Shown here piece by piece: positions 14,800 to 28,898 of a DNA stretch of 64,000 bases. Each line of letters begins with the position of its first letter. The stretch's first letter is position 1. Below the pieces are notes generated by a model. It saw only the letters and a program-made list of their open reading frames with translations, made no database searches and was not told the DNA's origin. The stretch is from Octopus vulgaris (lineage: Eukaryota), in NCBI GenBank assembly GCA_951406725.2, contig OX597826.1:43648001-43712000 (forward strand). The letters are read 5' to 3'. The translations under genes were made by a program, and so were the position numbers.

Positions 14800-15694
14800 C
14801 ACGGGTCCCAGAGGGATGAAAGGTAAAGACTACTTCGATTGGATACAAAATAAGAGTGTAACTATAGATATTTAAATACCGCCATGAATTTAATCCTTAA
14901 TCTGCCAATTCGGCGAATCCAACTGCCAGTATGTTTTTAATAAGGGTTTCTAATTTTGGCCCTAGTCCAGCAATATTGAAGGGAGGTTTGCTGCAGTCAT
15001 TCAAACCCAGTACAATATTTCAGGGATTTAGTAAGGATGGGAGTGAAAGGTAATTTGAGCAGGATTGAACTCAGAACATAGAGAGCAGAAACAAATACCA
15101 CGAATTATTTTCTTCAACATTCAAACGATTCGCAACTTTAGTAAGTCTTTCATAATTCTTTCTGATTTTGGCACGAGGTCAACAATTTTGAGTAGATGGC
15201 GAAGTCGATTATATATTTTCTCGTCTCCTACTCAATGCTCAAACTTTATTGATCCCAAAACGATGCAAGGGGAAGTTGATCTCGATGGAATTTGAACTCA
15301 GAACTTAAGAAGTCGGAAGAAATGCTGCAAAGCATATTGTCCGACTAGATAATGATTTTGTCTGTTCATCGCCTCATGCCTTTGATAATCATTTCTACAG
15401 TAGGCACAAGGTCTGAAATTTCGAAGAAGGGACTAGTCTATTCCATTAACCCCATTACCTATTTCTTTACTACCCACAAGGGGCTAAACACAGAGAGGAC
15501 AAACAAGGACAGACAGACAAACGGATTGAGTCGATTATATCGACCCCAGTGCATAACTGATACTTATTTTATCGACCAGATGGATGAAAGGCGAAGTCGA
15601 CCTCGGCGGAATTTGAACTCAGAACGAAAAGACAGACGAGATGCTGCTAAGGATTTTGTCCGGTATGCTAACGATTCTCCCAACTAGCCGCCTT
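14800..15694 (-). mobile_element. Cluster of family-B SINEs; the last (15460-15694) is the LINE-tailed variant
   Basis: Family-B core motifs recur; the tail begins at 15460 after ccattacc. Confidence 0.8.
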
Positions 15695-16047
15695 AATACA
15701 ACTATAATTATGAAATAATGTAGATGCTGCTGCTGCTGCTGCTGCTGCTGAAATGATGATGATAATGTCGGCGACGACAGCGACGACGAAGCTGTTATAT
15801 TCTGCAGTACAAAAGTATTTTACAAACTTGTTCACTTTAAGGCATATCAATTGTTTAAATACAAATTTACTGATAAGCAGCTCTGTAATTATTATTCCGA
15901 AAGTAAAAATTACAAAACGCCCATCAATGATCGAAACTAGCCAGTTTTTGAGATAAAATTATATAGAGAAATGAGGTATTATATATGCATAAATGCATAT
16001 ACACCTAAGTGTGTGTGTGTGTCATATATATATATATATATATATAT

Positions 16048-16476
16048 AGGCGCAGGAGTGGCTGTGTGGAAGAGTAGCTTGCTAACCAACCACATGGTTT
16101 CGGTTTCATTCCCACTGCGTGGCATCTTGGGCAAGTGTCTTCTGCTATAGCCCCGGGCCGACCAAAGCCTTGTGAGTGGATTTGGTAGACAGAAACTGAA
16201 AGAAGCCTGTCGTATATATGTATATATATATATATTTATATATATAAATGTATGTGTGTGTATGTGTTTATGTGTCTGTGTTTGTCTCCCTAGCATTGCT
16301 TGACAACCGATGCTGGTGTGTTTACGTCCCCGTCACTTAGCGGTTCGGCAAAAGGGACCGATAGAATAAGTACTGGGCTTACAAAGAATAAGTCCCGGGG
16401 TCGATTTGCTCGACAAAAGGCGGTGCTCCAGCATGACCGCAGTCAAATGACTGAAACAAGTAAAAGAGTAAAAGAG
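16048..16476 (+). mobile_element. Full-length family-A SINE
   Basis: tRNA-like A and B boxes, CORE-like ggcatcttgggcaagtg, internal (TA)/(TG) tract, 3' (taaaagag)n tail. Confidence 0.9.
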
Positions 16477-16490
16477 CATATATATATATT

Positions 16491-16525
<35 letters not shown>

Positions 16526-16552
16526 ATTCAAATATATATGTATATATATATT

Positions 16553-16584
<32 letters not shown>

Positions 16585-17265
16585 TGTATGTATGTATGTA
16601 TGTATGTGTGAGGTACCTATGAGGTGAAGTACAGGTACTCAGCCCTGAGTGCATTTGACCTTAAATCAAAATCTGGTGTAAGTCGGTTACGCAATTTCTG
16701 TTCCTTTGTCAGCATATTTAATTGCATATTACGGTCTGTACTTGCCTTACGCTATACTTTGAAGATTATATAAAATGTGTATGTGTATATATGCGTATAT
16801 ATATATAATAATGAAGGATAAATGGATGCATGATTTTATGAAATAGCCAGCATGTAATAAAACATACAGGTAAGAAGTAATACAAAGAAATAATTGCATA
16901 AATATAATTATAGTGAGAGCACTAATATATATATATATATATATATAAGCATTTATATTGTATATATATATGTTTGTGTGTTTAGATGTATAAATATATG
17001 TATGCATACGTATGCTATATGAATAAGCTATAAACTGTGTCAAGACTTATGCCAGATAATGTAAGATCCCTAAATATCAATGAGTACAATTAAGGATGGC
17101 ATCAGTAAGTCGAACAACGTAAATATTACATCAAAGAGGATAACGAAGAAACAAATACATAAATATCACAATAGCAACAATTTTATCTGAATATACAATG
17201 ACATCCCATCATCAGCCACTTTACTGGAAATCACTATGGTTTCGGTACACACGCACACACAGTAG

Positions 17266-17302
<37 letters not shown>

Positions 17303-17372
17303 CACATATGTATGTATGTTTGCATGTATGCACGTGTGTGTACGTATATATGTATGTGTGTTTGTAAATATA

Positions 17373-17410
<38 letters not shown>

Positions 17411-17412
<2 letters not shown>

Positions 17413-17814
17413 TAAACAGTAAAAATAATTACAGACATGGACAAGAACATGAAACGCCACAGAGACGACACAAGAACCACAGGACGGGACATTCGAAGCC
17501 CTCAGTCATCAGTCAAGAACCAGATCATCTTAGCAATTTCGGCTGATTAATCTTGAGATTGCTCCGATATGGCCAGCCCGCCACGGGAAATCTAAGCCAA
17601 GTGCATTAGATCCCCTGGAAGAAAGCTTCGAATGTATACAACACGAGGACGGAAAACGAACGAAGTACACGAACAAAAATACAGAATACGTGACAACAAT
17701 AAGAATACAAAAACGTAAAAACAATAACGGTAAAAATAAAGTATAAAAAATAAACAACAAAACAAAACCAGGACGTAGGACAAGGGTCTTTCGACAGGAC
17801 GAATTGAGCATGGG
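17411..17814 (-). mobile_element. ~400-bp non-coding element inserted in (TA)n, carrying a rearranged hammerhead-like domain
   Basis: Bounded on both sides by (TA)n. The minus strand is U-rich around a structured core at 17489-17635. Confidence 0.6.
17489..17635 (-). ncRNA. Candidate non-circularly permuted (pseudoknotted) hammerhead ribozyme
   Basis: Minus strand: AGCAA-UC-UCAAGA uuaa UCAGCC-GAAA-UUGCU (13 nt) UCUUGA-CUGAUGA-CUGA, enclosed by an 11-15 bp helix. Confidence 0.6.
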
Positions 17815-17847
<33 letters not shown>

Positions 17848-17932
17848 TATATTTAGATTTATATATCCAGCTATATATATACATACGCAATCATATATTG
17901 TATACGTAGATTAATACATGTATGTATGTATG

Positions 17933-18002
<70 letters not shown>

Positions 18003-18122
18003 GAGCGAGAGAGAGAGAGATATATATGTGTGTGTACACATACTTATATATACGCCCATAGACCGCTTATGTATAATGCCCATACATATTTATAATGAGG
18101 AAGAAGCCTGCATACCAATATT

Positions 18123-18159
<37 letters not shown>

Positions 18160-18408
18160 CTTCATCCAAAATTCAGCATCCGTAGAGTCGTTGAGCTCCC
18201 TGGACTGTATTGATTTCTACTCTTACTTCTCAAGTGAATTAGTAGATAAGAACGTACAATTCTGAGGACGAATCACAAACGGCATAATGAAACATTATAC
18301 AAAGGAATTTACATACGTACATCATACATACACACGTACACTAACACAAATATATGTAGATAGAGAAAGAGGAATATAGAGATAGATAGATAGATAGATA
18401 GATAGATG

Positions 18409-18459
<51 letters not shown>

Positions 18460-19183
18460 GGATAGATACAGATTGGGTGAAAGAGAAAGAGAGAGCGACC
18501 GAAGGATGGAAATAGTGATGGCGGTGGGTATCCTCAATCACGCACTTAAGGCCAGACACTCATACACACACACTCATACACACACACACATACCTGCTTA
18601 CACGCAAATGGCATCTGCTTTCCTAATAAAGCTTTGTTAAGTACACTCCATCTGCAATGAATTTCTTCCGGTATTCAACAGTAATATTACAATTGTATCC
18701 TCAAACAATTCCAATTAGTCGACTAGTTGAAGAAGTACAATGCTCAAAAGCTTCCTTAAGGAGTAAACTCAGAAGATATACATGTGCGACTGCGATTAAC
18801 TATACACACACACACGTGCAAACACACACACACACACACACACACATACTCGCACGCACACACTCAATCACACTGACGCACACATATACACTCATACCGA
18901 CACAAACATACTTATTATATTGACTCTAAGTTTTGATAAAGGAATGTATTCGAGTATGGCTTCCAGTTTTTTTCCATAGTTTGAATAAGTTTTTGAAGCA
19001 ATTTATTCAAAAGAATCTATTGTTTGTACATTATGAAAGACTGAATAGCGAATAAAAGCTAATGTATTTAAGTACATAGCCAAATAACCAGAGTGTTGCT
19101 CACTTTTGTTGCTCTATTTCTAAACAGCTGAACAGATACAACGTCAAACGCCGTATTTGCAGTGTACTTAACATTTTTTGAAT

Positions 19184-19604
19184 AGGCGTAGGAGTGGCTG
19201 TGTGGTAAGTAGCTTGCTAACCAGCCACATGGTTCCCGGTTCAGTCCCACTGCGTGGCATCTTGGGCAAGTGTTTTCTGCTATAACCCCTGGCCGACCAA
19301 TGCCTTGTGAGTGGATTTGGTAGACGGAAACTGAAAGAAGCCTGTCGTATATATGTATGTATATATATGTATGTGTATGTATATGTTTGTGTGTCTGTGT
19401 TTGTCCCCCTAGCATTGCTTGACAACCGATGCTGGTGTGTTTACGTCCCCGATACTTAGCGGTTCGGCAAAAGAGACCGAATGAATAAGTACTGGGCTTA
19501 CAAAGAATAAGTCCCGGGGTCGAGTTGCTCGACTAAAGGCTGTGCTCCAGCATGGCCGCAGTCAAATGACTGAAACAAGTAAAAGAGTAAAAGAGTAAAG
19601 AGTA
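19184..19604 (+). mobile_element. Full-length family-A SINE
   Basis: Near-identical to 16048-16476. Confidence 0.9.
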
Positions 19605-19684
19605 CCAAAAAATTGCGTTGCGTCTGACGTGGCCATGTTAGCGATTGGAGATCGAGTGACGTCGGCTGGTGAGCCGGACATGCA

Positions 19685-19908
19685 TACGATTGCGATGCTG
19701 AAAAGTTCTTGGTTTTAAGGGTATTGCGGAAGGCTTGGTTGGAGGCTCAAACTTCCGATTTCTTTTACAAGGCTCAGAAAAACAGAAGGATCACTGCAAT
19801 AAGTGTTTGAATCTGAGAGGTGAATATCGTGAGTAAAATCATATTTAATTGATCCTCCTGTATTTTCTTTTATCCCAAAGCCAGGAAATTTTTTATCACC
19901 CCGTTGTA
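19685..19908 (+). mobile_element. Mariner-derived MITE remnant
   Basis: Degenerate TIRs gctgaaaagttcttggtttt / aaagccaggaaattttttatcacc with TA ends; the interior resembles a mariner C-terminus (CLNLRGEY). Confidence 0.55.
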
Positions 19909-20401
19909 AGTCCTCTTGGCCAAAATAATATCAATATTACATTTTACTCATTTTACTAATTTTCTTGGCTTGAATGAAGAACACTAGAAATGTTGGTAGG
20001 TCATTCATTGACAAAGAACAACTAAGTAATGTGTAGATAAGCAGTGAACGTAGCTACAGTTTTGCGCTTAAGGACTTCGCAATAAAACTGTGAGGAGTTA
20101 TGTATTTCTTGATGCAATCACTATTAATATCGAGTTGAAAATAACAAATATGTTTCAGTGATATCTAAAAAAGTTTAATACTTTTGGTTTAGAAATATAT
20201 TTATGATATCATAATTGCTGAACAAGAGCGTCTTTGGTTGCTGGTGTCCGGCTGCCCAATAACTGGTTTATTGTATTTGTGACGGTGCCATTGCTAATGG
20301 GAGCGTGTGTACTTCGGTGCAGAGCAAATAACACCAAGGAACGTCATTCAGAAAGCAACGACTTTGCGGGTTTCTAGCTGTTTACATTAGACAACACAGA
20401 C

Positions 20402-20478
<77 letters not shown>

Positions 20479-20734
20479 ACGCACACACACAGACGTGTGC
20501 GTACGCATACATATACCTGCAGATAAACATACATACACACATAACGAGTTTCCGCACCGTTTCTGTGACAAAATTTCATTTATCTAGTATTTATGTTTTA
20601 ACTACACTTTCCTAATGTGCCGCGCGGTGGGATCGAGCGTGGCAACATGTGGTTGCAAATCTATATCCTTTACCACACACCCATGCCTGTTTAGTGTTAA
20701 CTTAGTATCTCTGTCTTTTTTCTCTCCCCTAATC

Positions 20735-21095
20735 CTTTATTTGTTTCAGCCATTGGACTTCGGCCAGGCAAGGGGGTATGGCCTTGGAAGGCTTAGTCTA
20801 CTAATTTGATCCCTGTACTTTGTTTTTATTTATTTCCTCATTTTTTTTTGCCGATCCGCTAGGTTGTAGGGCTATAAACAAGCCAGCACTAGCTGTCGAA
20901 CGGGGATAAAAAAACAAACACACACACATATATATGATGAGCTTTCACACAGTTTTCCACTTTATCAAAGTTCATTCTCTAGACATTGGTCGGTACTCGA
21001 GCTATTGTAGGAAACAATTGCCCAAGGTACCACGCAGTGGGACTGACCCCGAACACACGTTGTCACAGAGCAAACTTCTTAACCACAGGGTTGCA
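20735..21095 (-). mobile_element. Diverged family-A SINE
   Basis: ttgtttcag...cggcc, cacgcagtgggactga and ttaaccacag match the reverse complement of family A. Confidence 0.7.
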
Positions 21096-21868
21096 TTTAT
21101 CTGAGACGCTACTTTTAAAAGCTATCTCTTCAGTGAATGACTTAACAACAGATACACTGCGGTGCTGCTCTCTTGTATTAACGTAAGAGAAAGCTAGTAA
21201 AATGTGATATCATAAATATTTAGTTGAAGTTATAAGGATAAAGAAAAGTATTAGATATAAGAAATACTTGATAAAACAGTAGAGAAACATATTGAACTTT
21301 CACATAATTAGACTCGATAATATTTTGCATAAACAAAAGTACATTCAATGACTCTAAAAGCAATAAAACCAATCTTAGTAAACATTATCAGATGGTCCTT
21401 ATTATTTCTTTTATCAATATATTAGCATCAGTAATTTTTTTAGTTTTTGAAAAAAAAAAAAGAAGCCTAATGATATTCTCATAATGCAGTTATTTTAGCT
21501 ATAATCACCCATTTAAGTGCCAGCTTGCTCTCTGCTGATAAAAAAATATTTATTTGAACTTTGAACACAATTTTGTTCTGAGAGTTGCTTTCAGAAGAAA
21601 ACTTGAAGGCGCCATAAATTATTGGTTATATGGATAGATAGGGAGGGAGTGAGTGACAGAAAGGGAGAGAGAAAAAGAGAAAGAAAGAGAGGAAGAGAGG
21701 AAAAGAGAGATAGAGAGAAAGAGAGTGAAAGGTGCTGGCAGAGATTGAGTGAGGGAGAGAATGAGAATGGAGATATAAAGAGCAAAAGATGTATAGAACG
21801 AGAAATGTACAAGGAAAACACATGCATACTTGTATGTGTGTGTTTGTGTGTGTATATATATATATATA

Positions 21869-21904
<36 letters not shown>

Positions 21905-22711
21905 GGGAGAGAGGGTGGGAGAGAGAAAGAGTGCGTGAGAGGAGGAATAGAGAGGTGGAGATAAACGAATGAGAAAGAAAGAGAAAGAGAGAGAGAAAGA
22001 GAGTAGAGAGGCGGTAGTGACAAAGAAACAAGTGTATTATAGAAATTCGTGTAATTGAAATTATTGAAACAGTCACAGAAATTTTAAATAATTTTCCTCC
22101 TCCCCACAAAAAGAAAAAAAATTTACTTGTCAGAATGTTTGAAGAAAATGTTTGATAACTGTAATGATATATTAGCATAAAATTATATTAAAAAACACAA
22201 TATATAATTCAAGTCATTATTCAATCAGGTCGTATCATGCTTTTTCATCATTGCTATGATTTAGTGATAAAATATGAGAGAAAACATAGCCGAGAAATGG
22301 AATGTTCACATCTGTTCGTTAATTTGAAAATGTCTTTAAATATTATAAATGTCGACATTTCTTAACAATCTGCTTGTTAGTTAATGTAAATAGGAAGGAA
22401 GTTAGACTGGAATGTCCATTCTTCTGTTTATGTTCCTTTGATGAACTCATTGGTATTTTAAGACATCCCTGTCAAGAGAGAAGGAGAGAGAAAGAGAGAA
22501 GGAGTGAGCGAGAGAGAGGGAGAGAGAGATAAAGATATATAGATAGATAGAAAGAGAGTGAGAAAGAGACGGATATAGGATCTGAATAGAAATTCCACGT
22601 GAATAGAGGCTAAATTGCCTATTTTTAAGCTCTCCGGAGGCAACTACATCAAAGTGGAGCCAGATTAATACGTTTGGCTATTTGCAGAGGATATACATAC
22701 ATATATATATC

Positions 22712-22762
<51 letters not shown>

Positions 22763-22782
22763 TCTATATATATAAGTATGTG

Positions 22783-22828
<46 letters not shown>

Positions 22829-22926
22829 CATGCATATTCGCACACATATATATATACATATTTACATGTATATATAAATGTATATATATATATGTGTATA
22901 TATATAAATGTATATATATGTACGCG

Positions 22927-22958
<32 letters not shown>

Positions 22959-22960
22959 TA

Positions 22961-23004
<44 letters not shown>

Positions 23005-23635
23005 GATCGTTGGCTACTTGTCAATATATCTTTGATATAGGAACTTTAAATAAACATTGGGCTCACTAACTAACGCGTATTAATAAAGATATTTTTATTC
23101 CTGTATATTTCTGCTGCAAGATTATAAACTTGATCTCTTTAAAGAACAATAAATAAGCAGTTCTTTTGACATACTCAGGACATCTGATCTAGCAGCCACA
23201 CTGAGATGAGGATGAAAATAGATAAAAATATTTAGGAATGTACATATAGGAGAAACAATTATTTATATTACGATCAATAAGATTAAATTATGACATAATT
23301 AGTAAAATAGACTTTATCTCAATTAATAAATTAATCATTTAAACTAAAAAGAAATCTTTGTTCAGTATACGTAATGTTTTTTGCGAAGCCGAATTCTTTT
23401 TATAATTTATAGTTTGAAGACAGAACAGAAATAAATGTTTGAAATTAGAAAGACAATAAAACGGTAAGAAGGTGTGAATTAGTTGGAATGATGAAGCAAT
23501 AGATTATTACATTTAATTTCTTTGCGTTTTCTTTGTTCAAGGTTTAACCTGGTGTTGACTTATGACTTTTGAGTTTGCTTTTTCGTCTCTTGGTTTTAAA
23601 TAATAACACGATTGTGTGCATTAAATCATCTACAT

Positions 23636-26546
23636 CAGGGGTGTGAAACACGTGGCCTGAAAGCTTCATGTTGAACGAAATCCTTTTCCCATATGACTCG
23701 CCGTCTTCTTACATCATGTAGCCCGCAACACATTTATTGCTTCAGCCATTTTTGTGCTTTATAGCTTTATAATGCATTATTAAAGAAAAAAAAACTAATA
23801 CAAGTTAAGAAAAAAATCTAAGAAGATTATTCATGTTTTGCATTTTTATTTCGATTTACATAGCATTAGCCAAAGTTAAGATCAAGCTAAATCACCTAAT
23901 AACATGCACGCCAAAGCAATCTGCGAAAGAGAGGGAAGAACACGAAACTTTGTGTTCATAATTACGTCCCCTTTGTTGTGACCGTTGGTATACGTAAAAA
24001 ATTTTATGGTCCATGCAGGAAGCCTGGTGTTCGTAGAGATGTAATACTATTGATTGCAACCACAGTGGCATCAACTCTTGGTATAATATTTTGTAGGGAT
24101 TAGCAGCTGACTATCGAAACAAATGTAAGGAAACAAATTATTAAAAAGAGAAAAATTATATAAAACGTATTGCATTGTCTTTGGAAGCTTTGGGGTGTTA
24201 CATATATTCAGGATAATACCTTTTAACCACTACATGCTTTTGAAGGGGAGAACAGTTAATAAGGTGCGTCGTGTGGTACAGAAAAGTGGAAAATCACGTA
24301 CCTCTTAGTTAAATACATGGAAAACCAACCCATTTGGCTAGTACGCAACTCGGGGAGAACAGTTAATAAGGTGCGTCGTGTGGTACAGAAAAGTGGAAAA
24401 TCACGTACCTCTTAGTTAAATACATGGAAAACCAACCCATTTGGCTAGTACGCAACTCGTATCCTCTCTGAAAGAATAAAACATTCCGAGATATTCTGAA
24501 ATCACTCATTCTTAAAAGTGTGTTAAACATAGTAGGATAAAGAACAATATATGGAGTTGGAGGTATATTGCATTAAGTAATATGATTACTTTTGCTGTCG
24601 CTGATATGGAAGCCATTTTCATGGAGGCCATTGCGCGTTGATGGTCGTAGACAATATTTTCCCGAAAAATCGTCAAACATGTGTAAACATATAAACCTCT
24701 CAAGAAATACAGTTTCGGAAAAGTTCAGGAATTCTCAGTGAAACTCGAATAGTTAACCCAAAGACAAAGTTAAGTGGTTTACAGTGTTTTCTGTTGTGAT
24801 AAAAACAAGAAACAAAACAAAAACAGATGTCACATAGGTAGTATACAGATTACAGTTTATAACCATGGTGTGGACGAAAATATGTTTTCAACAGGACTGG
24901 TACAACTAGGATCAACGACGGGAGCATCAACCGGAGATGATATCTATGCGAGTTCACCATTGACATCGCTTAAGATAGGTGTTGATTTGAAGCAAACATT
25001 GTGCCGCTCTACAGATGGAACAACGCAAACTACTGGTAGCAAAGCTGCTGGGACGACAACATTAAAGAAAAAAAAACAACTAAAAGCTGTGGATGCTAAA
25101 CATATTATATTGTTCATGGCATCATTACATTGGAAAGTGTTGTACTGTGAAATATGAAATATGAATAATATGATGGATGTCGTAAAGATAGTGAACTTCA
25201 AATGTGTGTGAAGTTTGAGCCAGAGACCGTTCAGTTAGCTTTTGTAGGAAAGCTATAACAATCATCAACTACTGTGACACACGACTCAGGGAGTCGTATT
25301 GCAGTGATTTGAAGAACTGCGATATGAAATACAGATATTTATGCAACGGAAAGCAATGGATATGCGGAAACTGAAAGATAATATTTAGGTTCATAGTATA
25401 GCTTTCATTATCGATATCACAAAACATTTAAATTACTTGAATACGAAGCTACATCTACTCAATAAAATGGCGACGAATATATTACGACTCACTTCGTGTA
25501 TATGAGATGAAACTTAACCATTTTGAGTACAACCATTAAATGGTAATATTGCACAATTTCTAAGCTTAAAATACCTGAAACACACAAATGTATTTCATGC
25601 TATATCATTGAAATACAATGAATACGATATGAAGATTTCCAAGCTAATAAATGTGTTTCAGGAATGATTTGCCAGCTTTAAAAAACATTGAGAAATAATT
25701 TCCTCTATTTTAAAATAAATCTATGGTTAATATTGTACCAGAACAGATAGAAGTAATTGAGTTCCAGTATAATTCTGTATTGAAGAATAAGTTTCCAAAT
25801 GTCAATTTTGGTACATTTTATCAACGGCATGAGACAAATTATTTCGGAAGGAAATTATGTCAGCGTTCAGAATCATGTACAGAATCATGAATTATCTGAG
25901 AAGCATAAAGGTCAATCCAAAGACAAAGTTAAATAGTGCAGAGTATTTTCTGTAGCAATTATCCCAAGAATAAAGGTTTGGCCTCGAAGATTATGTCAAT
26001 GTTTGGAAGGACATTCACCAGTGATCAGGTATTTTTTTGTAAAGATTGATGAATGAAAGAATTTTAGCAGTCAACTCTAAGACAAAGTTAAGTAGTTTAC
26101 AGAATATTCTCTTGTAATTATCTCAGGAATAAGCGTTTGATCTCCAAGATTATGTCAATGTTCGGATGGACATTTACCTTTGAGCAATTGTTTTCTGCAA
26201 TTAACTTCAACTTTGACCTTACCTTATTGATAGGCAACTCGGTTGAATACTGAAAGTGCCAACAACTCAGTCTTTGGTGCCAAAGTTTGGTTCACTAATC
26301 TCCAGTGAAGGATTAAACATCAAGGAACAATAATTAAAGATGTACGACTGATTAAAATAAATTAACACCTGATTATGTTTGCTTGTTTGGTTTTAAGAAC
26401 TTCACACAAGTACGAGAGCAGAATAAATATCCATATTAAATATGTTTATATAACTCGCCCGATTATGTCATCGTAAATTTCTCATCCTTTTACTCATTGT
26501 TATGTAATCTAGTCCGTCTATGGCGTACTCCTATTACACATCCCCC
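23636..26546 (+). pseudogene. Decayed hAT (Charlie/Buster/SPIN-like) DNA transposon with transposase remnants
   Basis: Starts CAGGGGTG. ORF 24774-25157 has HGVDEN, STGDDIY and STDG...TGSK, resembling GTF2IRD2/SPIN transposases. Downstream frames give DITKHLN and IMSMFG...EQLFS. The right end is approximate. Confidence 0.7.
24245..24458. repeat. Perfect 107-bp tandem duplication
   Basis: 24245-24351 is identical to 24352-24458. Confidence 0.95.
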
Positions 26547-27852
26547 ATAATAAATGTGCTTTTTCATGAATTCATGAGTTTCTATTGCTGTCCCTTGTCG
26601 GAAGAATTTATGTTACCGTTGCTGTTGTTATTGTTGTTGCTGTAGCTATTGTTGTTGTTACTGTTGTTATTGTCGTTGCTGGTGTTGTTGTTTAGCTCAT
26701 TCTGCGCAAGTCAGCTCGGATCGAGCAGCTCTTTATGATCAAATGTATTCCAGTCTTTTTCTTTTAAATCAATTTCACTCAATGCATCCCTTATTAAACT
26801 AGTCAGTTTATCCTTCCCTGTTTATGAAGTTGCACTGTGATTTAAGCTTATGTTTCTAGAAGGTAGAGTGACTGCTTAGAGACCACATTATATACGTTTG
26901 TTTCCATAAAGTTGTGGTGTTGAGCTCAGTCGAAAGAAATCGTTATCTTAACATATAAAGAATTTTTAAATGCTTCGCAGAAAAAGAAAAAGTTTAATCA
27001 CAATTATATAACAAAACCTATCTATAATATGTTTCTATATACAATAATTTTGTAAACGGTATGGAAATCTTTCTGTTAAAAACGTCTAGTAGCTTAGTAC
27101 AATTAAGCATTGTGCAAAATAAATTAAATAATATTACGAATGCGAATCATGTAGGAGTTAGCTTAAGAAAATGGAGTTTAGTTTTGAATGGGGCAGAAGG
27201 AAGAAAATATACTTGAGCAAAACAAATGGTGAATGGACGATGATACGTAGTTAGTGGTTTAGGTCAAGAAAGTAATGCAAGATCTGATGTGGTTAATGAT
27301 TAAGACCAAATACAGTTTATAAAATTAAGACATATCTAGCGTAGGCAACAGAGGGAAAACAAAGAATGCGTAAGACAGAGAGAGAAAGAGGAGAAAGAGA
27401 GGGATAGGAGTAATGAGTTGCGCAATGTAAGAAGGAAAGAGAGGAAGATTAATTGGAATAAAATGGGAAAGAAAGAGTATGTGTTGCATATGTGCATGTG
27501 CATGTGCGTGTGCGCGCGCGTGTGAGTGCGTGTGTGTGTGTGTCTAAATAAGACTACACACAGTACAAATACATAGACTGACAATCAGAGTCTATTTAGA
27601 ATTCCCCTGAAATATCAAGAGATTGGTTTTATTTCTCTATATTTTTAGGAAAAAAGAAACCTCCATCCATCCGCCCATCCATACACACAAACACACACAC
27701 ACGTATAAATGAATATATAGGTATATATGTGTGTGTGCATGTCTATATGCATATATATATATATATATATTCGTATATATGTAAGTATATATACGTATAT
27801 ATGTGTATACATATGCGTGAGAATATATATGTGCGAGCATATATATATGTGA

Positions 27853-27918
27853 GTATGTGGATGCGTGGATATATGAAAGTGTGTATGTGGATGCGTGGAT
27901 ATATGAAAGTGTGTATGT
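27853..27918. repeat. 30-bp tandem repeat, about 2.2 copies
   Basis: gtatgtggatgcgtggatatatgaaagtgt twice. Confidence 0.9.
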
Positions 27919-28666
27919 TTGTGTGGTGGGGAGGTGCGTATGTGTATGAAACGGACTGAACTTATTTCTGGCAGTTTTTATTTTGTTCAATGCTATGTGT
28001 TAGTTTGAGAAGAAAACAAAGAAGTAAGAAATCAAAAACAAAACATCACACCAAAAGTATATGGAAAAATGTTTTGATATTAAACACGGGAAAGATATCT
28101 CGTATCTTGGGAATTATTGAGAAAGCTGAGCAACTTATTATTCAAATCCATCTTGAATGTATTCTGAGAAAAAGAAGAAAAAAGTACCACAAAAAAAAAA
28201 ATAACAACGACAACAAATACGATTTTACTACATGCTGAGTTTATCATCATTTAGATCGATAGTGATATGTAATAAAGCATATACGAATATAGTAAAATGA
28301 TCCATAATTCATCAGTATTGACATACTATGTCAAGATTATATTCAATCAAAAATGGTAAAAATGAGAACAGTAAATGCAGCAGGAATATATCGTTTTCTG
28401 TGATTTAACACATTGAAAGATGGCGGTCTGTTGTACTACGTTCATGACATACGTTGCTTCCTCCCGCTTATGGTGGCAATCCGAATTTCGTCAGGGCCCA
28501 ATGTAGCTTTCACTATTTCGTGTTTAAAAGAATACAGAAAATTCGGTATAGAAAATTGCAACCCTTTAAGCGAATGTAAGAAATTATAATACTTATTTAC
28601 ATTTTTCTTAACACATTTAATGTTTATCACTAAAATGATGAATACTACCATAAGATATATACATAT

Positions 28667-28828
28667 AGACGTAGGAGTGGCTGTGTGGTAAGTAGCTTGC
28701 TTATGAACCACATGGTTCCAGGTTTAACCCCACTGCGTGGCACCTTGGGCAAGATTTTCTACTTTAGCCTCGGACCGTCCAAAGTCTTGAGAGTGGATTT
28801 GGTAGACGGAAACTGAAAGGAGCCCGCC

Positions 28829-28898
<70 letters not shown>

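Noticed and set aside
18262-18300. Isolated CTGANGA matches (also ~21128, 28489, 33842, 39556, 56786, 57977)
   Set aside because: No properly spaced stem II plus GAAA plus UH with supporting stems.
21591-22178. 195-aa Leu/Ser-rich ORF
   Set aside because: Translation of a (GA)-rich purine tract.
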